A stretch of 32,000 bases of DNA from NCBI RefSeq assembly GCF_041319985.1, contig NZ_CP100909.1, one strand, 5' to 3'. Both the position numbers and the translations under genes were made by a program. This document shows positions 12,771-20,171 of this stretch, piece after piece. The notes under the pieces are model-generated. The model made no database searches and was not told where the DNA came from. It was given only the letters and a program-made list of their open reading frames with translations. Every line of letters starts with the position of its first letter. Within the stretch, counting starts at the first letter, position 1. The stretch comes from Escherichia coli. GTDB lineage: Bacteria; Pseudomonadota; Gammaproteobacteria; Enterobacterales; Enterobacteriaceae.

Positions 12771-12882
12771 TATTCCCGCAAGATTCCCCTGGAATGCAAT
12801 CGTAGCCACATCGCTACTGCTCGGTTAACATAGTGCTACTCAGGCGGTTAATACGCCGTTATTGTTTCCAGGGAGATTATTT

Positions 12883-12987
12883 GTGTCTCAGCTTTGTCCC
12901 TGTGGTAGTGCTGTCGAGTATAGCCTATGTTGCCACCCTTATGTGTCTGGTGAAAAGGTTGCACCTGATCCAGATGCAACTATGTAA
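12883..12987 (+). pseudogene. ychJ: 5' fragment of ychJ (SEC-C motif protein), GTG start, truncated by element insertion
   Basis: Translation [34 protein letters not shown]; the first 30 residues match the YchJ N-terminus, then sequence diverges at CTGATCCAGA. Confidence 0.93.
12965..12974 (+). repeat. Left boundary direct repeat CTGATCCAGA (probable attL core)
   Basis: Identical to 21969..21978; joining the ychJ halves across it restores [16 protein letters not shown]. Confidence 0.85.
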
Positions 12988-13119
12988 ATCATGCATCCAG
13001 CATTTTTGCACCTTCCTACTTGTAACACCTCGCCGTGCCTGACATTATCATCTCTTTAAGAATACAACGTTATTTGATGTTGTTCCGTATTGTTCCAGCC
13101 TTTTGGGGATGAACTTGGG

Positions 13120-14286
13120 ATGAAAAAACTTACTGATAGCCAAGTGAAAGCGGCAACCGCACCGGACAGGCCGATCAAGCTATTCGATGGTGATGGCCTG
13201 TATCTTTACGTCGCGGTATCCGGTCGTAAAACCTGGCGACTGAAATATAAGACACGCGCGGGCAAATGGGATGAAATTGCTATAGGCAAGTACCCGAACA
13301 TTTCACTGGCAGACGCCAGGCAGATCAAAAACAGCTTACTGGCTGATATAGCGAAAGGCATCGACATTAAAGCGCAACCAGCGCCCACAGAGACGCTACA
13401 GGACGCTATTACGGCGTACATTAACAAGAACTGTCCCAACTGGTCATCCGGATACATTCGCAACGTCAGATCTGCATTCAGGCACGTCCCTGCCGCGCTT
13501 TTACGCCGACCTGTTACCAGCATTGCCGCCGCCGAACTGGTGGAAGTGGTGGAAAGTGTCCGCAGTAGCAAAACAGGTCAACCAGCACCCGCGACGGGTA
13601 ATAAACTGGCGATCCGGTTGCGCGAAGTTTTCCGGTACGCGGAGACACGTGGCATAGTGTCGGCTATCGTTGCCGAACGTCTACCCCGCGCAGCAAAAGA
13701 GCCACCAGCGACACACAGACGCGCTACAGACGACGTAAAAGCACTGGCAAAGGATTTACTTACCGATCTGGATACGATCGCCAGAAAGGCCGCTATAGTC
13801 CTGTTATTAACCGCCTGCCGGACAAGGGAAATCACCCGCGCCACTTGGTCGGAGATCGATTTCACCGCCAGCACGCTTACCGTACCGGCCTCCCGGACGA
13901 AGATGAAGCGTGAGCATGTTGTTTACCTGTCAGCACCAGTTATCGCCATCCTTCGCACATTGTATACACCCGGATCGCTGCCGGACAGTTATATTTTCCA
14001 GTCGCCACGTAATCCTGCAAAACCAATCGGGCCAATGGCAATCCTGCAAACGCTGGACCGGATCGGCTGGCTTGAAAAAACCTGTGCGCACGGATTCAGA
14101 GCCGCATTCAGCACAGCAGCACACGCACAACGGCGCTTCACTCACCAAGCGATCGAAATGTGTTTAGGACACCATAGGAAATCAGTGTCAGCAGCATACA
14201 ACCGATATGACTATTGGGATGAGCGCATAGAAATCATGTGCTGGTGGGCGACCTACTTATGTGATGGCGTAACTGTGGCGGTATAA
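13120..14286 (+). CDS. P4-type site-specific tyrosine recombinase/integrase (388 aa from MKKLTDSQ; ORF opens at 13090)
   Basis: N-terminal DUF4102/Arm-type region (LTDSQVKAATAPDRPIKLFDGDGLYLYVAVSGRKTWRLKYKTRAGKWDEIAIGKYPNISLADAR); catalytic motifs TACRTREI, HGFR, LGHHRKSVSAAYNRYDY. Confidence 0.95.
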   Translation: MKKLTDSQVKAATAPDRPIKLFDGDGLYLYVAVSGRKTWRLKYKTRAGKWDEIAIGKYPNISLADARQIKNSLLADIAKGIDIKAQPAPTETLQDAITAYINKNCPNWSSGYIRNVRSAFRHVPAALLRRPVTSIAAAELVEVVESVRSSKTGQPAPATGNKLAIRLREVFRYAETRGIVSAIVAERLPRAAKEPPATHRRATDDVKALAKDLLTDLDTIARKAAIVLLLTACRTREITRATWSEIDFTASTLTVPASRTKMKREHVVYLSAPVIAILRTLYTPGSLPDSYIFQSPRNPAKPIGPMAILQTLDRIGWLEKTCAHGFRAAFSTAAHAQRRFTHQAIEMCLGHHRKSVSAAYNRYDYWDERIEIMCWWATYLCDGVTVAV

Positions 14287-14336
14287 TTACAGGGAACATT
14301 CAACAATTTCGCTTTGATTTTTCCGATGCGGTGATG

Positions 14337-14367
14337 TGGGGTGATACAAAGTTACCCCATTTTTTTA
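14337..14367 (+). terminator. Probable rho-independent terminator downstream of integrase
   Basis: TGGGGT - GATACAAAGTT - ACCCCA followed by eight T residues. Confidence 0.7.
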
Positions 14368-14528
14368 GCATTCAGTGGAATGATTGCGCATATTTGCGCA
14401 CGTAAACAAACGGATATTATAATTTATCCATAGTGGGCGATCTGCAAACTATCTTCGATAATCTCTCAATCAAGCTATATCACCCGCCGTTGCGCGTTTT
14501 TTCATCTTGAAAGAAAAAAGGTCAAGCC

Positions 14529-14729
14529 ATGAAGAACATCAACCCCAAATTTATTAATTTGGCCCAGCTTATTGAGCTGACCAATATTAGCCGCAGCACC
14601 ATTTATCGGCTATTACACACAGACCCGTTGTTTCCGCGCCCGTTTAAATTAAGAGGCGGTAATCGTCTTTACTGGAATATCGACGAAGTAAACGACTACC
14701 TATCCAGCCAGGTAAAAGCCTATGCGTAA
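14529..14729 (+). CDS. AlpA-family excisionase/transcriptional regulator (66 aa)
   Basis: MKNINPKFINLAQLIELTNISRSTIYRLLHTDPLFPRPFKLRGGNRLYWNIDEVNDYLSSQ; MerR-like HTH typical of AlpA downstream of P4-type integrases. Confidence 0.88.
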   Translation: MKNINPKFINLAQLIELTNISRSTIYRLLHTDPLFPRPFKLRGGNRLYWNIDEVNDYLSSQVKAYA

Positions 14730-14817
14730 TCGTCAATTAACTGAATCCACCAGCCGCTAGGTTATTTAAACTTCTTCCTCTTTCTTTCCTCCTGGTGGCG
14801 ATCTTTTTTTTATCGAG

Positions 14818-15012
14818 GTGGAAATGAAAGATAGCGAATTAATGACAGTAAACTTGCCACTTTCACTTGGCATTACTCGACGGACGATATTCAGGTGGAT
14901 GAGTAAGATTAAAAATTGGCCCATTCCGGTGAGTCTGGTCGGTGCAAGAGTTAAGTTTATCCGATCTGAGATTATGGAATTCTACAAAAACAAAGGCGCT
15001 CGCCACCAATGA
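14818..15012 (+). CDS. Second, divergent AlpA-like/MerR-like HTH regulator (64 aa)
   Basis: MEMKDSELMTVNLPLSLGITRRTIFRWMSKIKNWPIPVSLVGARVKFIRSEIMEFYKNK; same HTH + wing layout as AlpA. Confidence 0.72.
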   Translation: MEMKDSELMTVNLPLSLGITRRTIFRWMSKIKNWPIPVSLVGARVKFIRSEIMEFYKNKGARHQ

Positions 15013-15044
15013 AAAACAGCAAATCACATTTTTAGGTAAACATC

Positions 15045-15440
15045 ATGACCAATATTGAACGATTAGATCGCTGCGCGGACATTATGCGCCGCAGGTGGAT
15101 TTATGACCCTGAATCAGGTTTATTATTCAGCCGTGAAACGAAAGGCCCTGTAAAAGGCGGTATGACTAACAAGGGGCATCTGGTGGTAAGCATACAGGAA
15201 GGCGATTTTAAGGTAACGCTCACCTATCAAAAAGCCTGCTACGTGTATGCATTTGGCGCTTATGACGAGACATTGTACGAGGTCCACCACATTAATCTGA
15301 ACAAACAAGACAACCGTCTCAAGAATATTCGACTGATGACGAAAGAAATGCATCGTCGTATTCATAAAAACGTACGCAAGATAGCTCAGCTGGGCCACAC
15401 GTACTGGCTTCAACCAGAAGCAATAGAACAATCGCTATAA
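15045..15440 (+). CDS. HNH-type endonuclease-like protein (131 aa)
   Basis: C-terminal VHHINLNKQDNRLKNIRLMTKEMHRRIHK resembles the HNH_3-like core (H-H-I-N-x-N-K-x-D-N-R-x-x-N-L-R). Confidence 0.75.
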   Translation: MTNIERLDRCADIMRRRWIYDPESGLLFSRETKGPVKGGMTNKGHLVVSIQEGDFKVTLTYQKACYVYAFGAYDETLYEVHHINLNKQDNRLKNIRLMTKEMHRRIHKNVRKIAQLGHTYWLQPEAIEQSL

Positions 15441-15459
15441 ACACAGGAGAAACGACTAT

Positions 15460-15525
15460 GAGCAAATTTTGTTTTACCGGAACCAACGAAGAATTAATCG
15501 CCCAGCGGACAGCAATTTTTTAAGG
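15460..15525 (+). CDS. Short ORF, 21 aa (possible leader peptide or gene remnant)
   Basis: MSKFCFTGTNEELIAQRTAIF* preceded by ACAGGAG 8 nt upstream of ATG, directly after the HNH gene. Confidence 0.3.
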
Positions 15526-15535
15526 AAGAGGCAGC

Positions 15536-15871
15536 ATGAAAATCAAAGAAACCACAATTAACGAAAACAAAGAAATAACAGTAATCAAAGTAAAAGGAGC
15601 AAATGCCATGCATTCATTAGACAGTTATTTTCAGCGCATTGCAGCCCCTAAATCAGTCGCCCAGGAACAGCGTGAGGAATTCCAGGAGAAAGTGACGCAT
15701 TCTGCTGATTATATTGCAGACAAGTTCGTGGAAACGGTTCGGCCACTTGTTGATGAAGTAGCTGATAAACTTCAGTCTGAAATGCCAGAAGACATGGAAG
15801 GCACTGCAAAGGCGCGACTCCTTTTTGAATTAAGTCGCCGTTTCGGCGTGTCAATAAGCAGTTTTAAATAA
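15536..15871 (+). CDS. Uncharacterised island protein (111 aa)
   Basis: ORF preceded by GGAAGAGG; tight spacing with neighbours; no recognised domain. Confidence 0.65.
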   Translation: MKIKETTINENKEITVIKVKGANAMHSLDSYFQRIAAPKSVAQEQREEFQEKVTHSADYIADKFVETVRPLVDEVADKLQSEMPEDMEGTAKARLLFELSRRFGVSISSFK

Positions 15872-15890
15872 TCGAAAAGGAGGAAAGAAA

Positions 15891-16433
15891 ATGGACGCAT
15901 TTGATGTACTGACAAATAAAGGCGCGGAACTGGTAGAGCAGCGAAATAAATGCACCGACGAAGGTGGGCGCGCGCTGTTAAATAAACAGATTAAAGCGAT
16001 CCGTATGGCCCAATTTAAATTAATCAGCAATGAAGTTATCGAAACAATTAAACCGCAGATCCCACAAATTGTTGCTGACGCTATTAAAGCCGCCGGACTG
16101 GAGAAACGCATTGCCGGGCTGAAAACGAACGCAGAGAAAATGGAGATGCACAAACAGAGCGGTGCTCCGACTCCGGATGAGTACTTCTCACCGGATGCTG
16201 AGTTTATGGCGCAGGTTGAGGAACGTCTGGGTAGCTGTCTCACCGAGGAACAGCGTCGCTATTTTGATGTAGTGGATAGTGCGGCAGGTATTGACCTGAA
16301 CTCGTATTTCGGTCGTGAAATTGAGCATTTTGATGCCGCCCCGTCTATGCCGGAGCCAGAACCAGAAATGGCCGCCGATCCTGAAGCTGAGCAACGGAAA
16401 CGCGTATTCAATGCGATAGGGATTCGGTACTGA
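15891..16433 (+). CDS. Uncharacterised, helix-rich island protein (180 aa)
   Basis: ORF with strong RBS AAGGAGG, only 19 bp after the previous stop; no recognised domain. Confidence 0.72.
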   Translation: MDAFDVLTNKGAELVEQRNKCTDEGGRALLNKQIKAIRMAQFKLISNEVIETIKPQIPQIVADAIKAAGLEKRIAGLKTNAEKMEMHKQSGAPTPDEYFSPDAEFMAQVEERLGSCLTEEQRRYFDVVDSAAGIDLNSYFGREIEHFDAAPSMPEPEPEMAADPEAEQRKRVFNAIGIRY

Positions 16434-16484
16434 TCGGATAAAAGAAAGCCGGGAATTATCCCGGCTGACTTAACAATGTGACCA

Positions 16485-16730
16485 ATGAACAAATCGGACA
16501 AGACAAACAGGATAAGCAGTCTCGAAACAATGTTCGGAAACTATATTAGCACAAGTTCGGAGAAAATCATCATGTTGGCACTACGCATCATGCAGGGCAT
16601 CGCTAAGACCCTCGCAGAACATGTCTTAGACCTGAAACATTCGCCACTGAGCAAACAGGCCATGAAGCGCCAAACGCTTCGTCTGTGGGCTGAATATCGC
16701 TTGGAACTATCAATAAAATCATCGACATGA
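16485..16730 (+). CDS. Uncharacterised small basic protein (81 aa)
   Basis: ORF in same orientation, stop overlaps the start of the next small ORF (ATGA). Confidence 0.55.
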   Translation: MNKSDKTNRISSLETMFGNYISTSSEKIIMLALRIMQGIAKTLAEHVLDLKHSPLSKQAMKRQTLRLWAEYRLELSIKSST

Positions 16731-16858
16731 AATCGGGGCCGAGCAACCAGAGCGCGGAGGAAATGGAGTTCATCAGGCGTTTAATTCTCATTCGCAGAGA
16801 CATTCATAGCCAGTTACACAGCGTGGGAATCGATATTAATGATGGGACGGGCGATTAA
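16727..16858 (+). CDS. Small uncharacterised ORF (43 aa)
   Basis: MKSGPSNQSAEEMEFIRRLILIRRDIHSQLHSVGIDINDGTGD*; 4-nt ATGA overlap with the upstream gene indicates possible translational coupling. Not in supplied ORF track. Confidence 0.45.
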   Translation: MKSGPSNQSAEEMEFIRRLILIRRDIHSQLHSVGIDINDGTGD

Positions 16859-16896
16859 TTTTCGGACAAGTACTATGCGCGCGCGAGGAGCTGAAC

Positions 16897-17127
16897 ATGA
16901 AGCAAGATATTGCAGACAGGCTGGAGATACTCGAAGGCCAGCGTGCAGAAGCGAAACAACTACGTAAACAGGCCAGAAGAGCGCACAGGAACTACGAAGC
17001 AGAATCACTGACCGCTTTCATCAACTTCACAAACCGTTGCATCCAGGAGTGTTACAGGGAGGATGCAGAAAACTGGCTGGATTCATTGCCAGAACAGACT
17101 CTGCATGAACTGAACGGCGACCAGTAA
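16897..17127 (+). CDS. Small charged uncharacterised protein (76 aa)
   Basis: MKQDIADRLEILEGQRAEAKQLRKQARRAHRNYEAES..., coiled-coil-like, same orientation as cluster. Confidence 0.55.
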   Translation: MKQDIADRLEILEGQRAEAKQLRKQARRAHRNYEAESLTAFINFTNRCIQECYREDAENWLDSLPEQTLHELNGDQ

Positions 17128-17263
17128 ATAAATCCAGTACGTTTCCCGCTGTTATTGCAAGATTAAAAAGTCACCTCTTTTAGCCAGTTTGAAATGTCAC
17201 TTTTTAGTATTGGATCATCAGAGTACAGTATAATTTTGTACGTCTTATTCGCCTGGATTAATT

Positions 17264-17791
17264 ATGCATTCCTTTTGTGAACTTATTGAAAGAAGTACCT
17301 CGTTTACACTCTACAGTCTGGAACAGGCAGAAACTGAAGTGATCGAACAGCTTCAAACAAGTTCAGCAACCGTACACATTAAACAGCTGCAGATGCTGCA
17401 ACTTCAGAGGTCAGTTTTTGCCGTTGGTATGTTTTCCATTTTTGAAGCGCATTTACAAAATGGATTGAGTTGCCAAAATGGATTTAAAGAAGTTCGCACG
17501 ATTCTTGATGCTGCAGGAAAGCATGAACTTAAAGAAAAGTTTGATAATTACTACCTTGCTATTAATGCGTTAAAACATGGAGATGGTGCAAGTTACAGGC
17601 AACTTGTAACCAAGATCAATGTTCTTGAATTTGATGTTGAAACTCCCCACACTCCAGTTTACGAAGAAGGGGATGTTTCAGCGATAAGATCTCTCATCAA
17701 AGCAGATGATGCTTTTATTCTTGGGTGCGCTGAACTGATCCGAGAAATTTCTGAAACAATTAGCAAGCAATGTCCTGACTCTTTTGTGTAG
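17264..17791 (+). CDS. Uncharacterised protein (175 aa), possibly HEPN-like
   Basis: All-helical appearance with QRSVFAVGMFSIFEAHLQNGL and YYLAINALKHGDGASYRQL motifs reminiscent of HEPN-type proteins. Confidence 0.6.
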   Translation: MHSFCELIERSTSFTLYSLEQAETEVIEQLQTSSATVHIKQLQMLQLQRSVFAVGMFSIFEAHLQNGLSCQNGFKEVRTILDAAGKHELKEKFDNYYLAINALKHGDGASYRQLVTKINVLEFDVETPHTPVYEEGDVSAIRSLIKADDAFILGCAELIREISETISKQCPDSFV

Positions 17792-17885
17792 TTGAATAAA
17801 AAAGAGCAGGGGTGAGCCTGTACATAGATTTGTGTAATTGCCTGATTTTGATATGTTCAATCCAGCATCAAATGAAGGTTAATTT

Positions 17886-19093
17886 ATGGACGAAAAACAG
17901 TTACAGGCTCTGGCTACGAACTGGCCAAAAACCTCAAAACCCCTGAAGACCTCAGTCAGTTTGATCGGCTGCTGAAAAAGCTCAGCGTTGAAGCCGCTCT
18001 CAATGCAGAGATGACACACCATCTTGGGTATGAGAAAAATCAGTCCAGACCAGGAGCTAACTCCCGCAACGGTTATTCCACAAAGACCGTTATCACAGGC
18101 GACGGTCCACAGGAACTGCGTACTCCGCGCGATCGTGACGGTACCTTCGAACCACAACTGGTAAAGAAAAATCAGACCCGTATTACCGGGATGGATAACC
18201 AGATCCTCTCGTTGTATGCCAAAGGGATGACCACCCGTGAGATAGCTGTTGCGTTCAAAGAGCTGTATGACGCAGATGTTTCACCGGCACTTATATCAAA
18301 GGTCACCGATGCTGTGATGGAGCAGGTTGTAGGATGGCAAAACCGACCACTGGATGCTGTTTACCCCATTGTTTATCTTGACTGTATCGTCCTGAAAGTT
18401 CGGCAGGACAGTCGCGTCATCAACAAATCTGTGTTCCTGGCACCGGGCATCAATATCGAAGGTCAGAAAGAACTGCCAGGTATGTGGCTGGCCGAAAATG
18501 AAGGGACGAAGTTCTGGCTCAATGTGCTGACTGAACTGAAAAACCGCGGTCTGAACGATATCCTCATCGCCTGTGTGGATGGCCTGAAAGGCTTCCCGGA
18601 TGCCATCAACACAGTATATCCGAAGGCCCGCATCCAGTTATGCATAGTGCATATGGTGCGCAACAGTCTGCGCTTCGTGTCATGGAAGGACTACAAAGCC
18701 GTCACTCGCGACCTGAAAGCGATTTATCAGGCCCCCACGGAAGAGGCAGGTCAGCAGGCACTGGAAGCGTTCGCTGCGGTCTGGGACAGTCGCTATCCTC
18801 GGATAAGCCGGAGCTGGCAGGCTAACTGGCCGAATCTTGCCACGTTCTTCGCTTATCCAACGGACATCCGCAAAGTGATTTATACGACGAATGCCATCGA
18901 GTCGCTAAACAGCGTGATTCGCCATGCGATCAAAAAGCGTAAAGTGTTCCCGACAGACGACTCGGTGAAAAAAGTGGTGTGGCTTGCAATCCAGTCTGCG
19001 TCCCAGAAATGGACGATGCCGTTGAAGGACTGGCGAATGGCAATGAGCCGCTTTATTATCGAGTTCGGTGACCGCCTGGACGGTCACTTCTGA
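17886..19093 (+). pseudogene. IS256-family (IS1414-like) transposase with early 1-nt frameshift
   Basis: MDEKQLQALA in one frame at 17886, then NELAKNLKTPEDLSQFDRLLKK... -like frame continues into ORF 18011..19093 (MTHHLGYEKNQSRPGANSRNGYSTKTV...). Sequence GGCTACGAACTGG appears to lack one A relative to an uninterrupted GCTAACGAACTGG. Confidence 0.8.
18600..18716 (+). pseudogene. astA: astA (EAST1 heat-stable enterotoxin) reading frame embedded in the IS transposase, interrupted by an in-frame TAG at codon 16
   Basis: ATGCCATCAACACAGTATATCCGAAGGCCCGCATCCAGTTATGCATAG... reads MPSTQYIRRPASSYA*CIWCATVCASCHGRTTKPSLAT, i.e. EAST1 with Ser16->stop (TAG at 18645..18647) and one Ala->Val. Confidence 0.88.
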
Positions 19094-19134
19094 GAAAAGG
19101 CATTTACACAGAATCCTAAACAGGCTCGCAGGGG

Positions 19135-19555
19135 TCAGCGTTTTAGGCTGGCCCTGAATTCCTCGGGATTTGCCAAAACCGGGTTAATTGCCCTGAGTTG
19201 CTCCTGAACCCTGGCTTGTGCGCGTCGTTTAGGCATCTTTTTGCTCCGATCACGCTTACCATCGCGTTCGAGTTCATCCATTTTGCTTTGCGCCAACTTC
19301 AGAACAGCACCAAGACGTTTGTTATCAACAATTTGTCCCTGGTCGACACATTCCAGTTTGTCGAACACCTGATATTTGAGTGAACGGTAACCGTATTTGA
19401 ATGCCAGCGTGCCATCTGGATAGTCGTAGACTTTTATTTTTTCGCCAGCGATGCGAGTATTTTCTTCTGTAGGTTCAACCAGATATATCATTTTGTCATA
19501 GCGGAACGACAGCGTTTTAGACAGCTTACGCTGTTCCTGCCAGGGGAACAGACTG
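19135..19555 (-). pseudogene. ISNCY-family transposase, C-terminal fragment
   Basis: Reading frame ...SLFPWQEQRKLSKTLSFRYDKMIYLVEPTEENTRIAGEKIKVYDYPDGTLAFKYGYRSLKYQVFDKL..., typical ISNCY/ISKpn21-like C-terminus; N-terminal two-thirds missing. Confidence 0.75.
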
Positions 19556-19780
19556 GCGGCCTTTCAATTCCGTTGAAACGACGGAATCAAACGTTCCGAT
19601 TCAGAACATTCAAACGTCGCGTTTCACGACATTTAGCCCAAGTCCTCAAACACTGCGTTTCACCGTGTTTAACATAATTTATTGTTTTTTGCATGCTCTT
19701 ATTATTGCAGCCGTTAGAGTTGGCGTGGTAGTTTTTCACCTGTTTCGCGTGTTGCTGTGTTTTTTAGGGAAGAAAAACAA

Positions 19781-19876
19781 ATGAGAAGGTTTATATACCT
19801 GGTATTTATGCTATTTGCTATCGGGCAAGCCATAATTTTTATCACAATGCTGATCTGTCTGATGCTCTTTGGTTAA
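19781..19876 (+). CDS. Small hydrophobic peptide ORF (31 aa), putative single-pass membrane peptide
   Basis: MRRFIYLVFMLFAIGQAIIFITMLICLMLFG*; purine-rich AGGGAAGAAAAACAA before ATG. Below the length cutoff of the supplied track. Confidence 0.4.
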   Translation: MRRFIYLVFMLFAIGQAIIFITMLICLMLFG

Positions 19877-20171
19877 CTCCACCAGGACCCGCGCCGGATT
19901 TTGCTATACAGACCAATCACCAATATTGGCTGGTGGCGGTAATCCGCTGGAACCATGAGCACCCTATAAGGCCCGATCGTTAGGCTTTTGTATTGGCTAA
20001 ATTATTCCATTATTCCATCTGAGTAGAATAAATTATTCAATATCAGTGACTTGCACAAACTTGCAAATAACAGATCCTGGAATCGAAAATGTGATCAACA
20101 TAATAAAAAGCCCGGAAAGGCGGCAACCAGTTCCGGGCGGTATGGGAAACAAGTAAAAGGAGAAATCCCAC

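Larger units (their letters stand above)
17814..19127 (+). mobile_element. IS256-family insertion sequence, IS1414-like
   Basis: Terminal inverted repeats GAGCCTGTACATAGATTTGTGTAA... / ...TTTACACAGAATCCTAAACAGGCTC, 8-bp target duplication GCAGGGGT at 17806..17813 and 19128..19135, IS256-type transposase inside. Confidence 0.92.
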
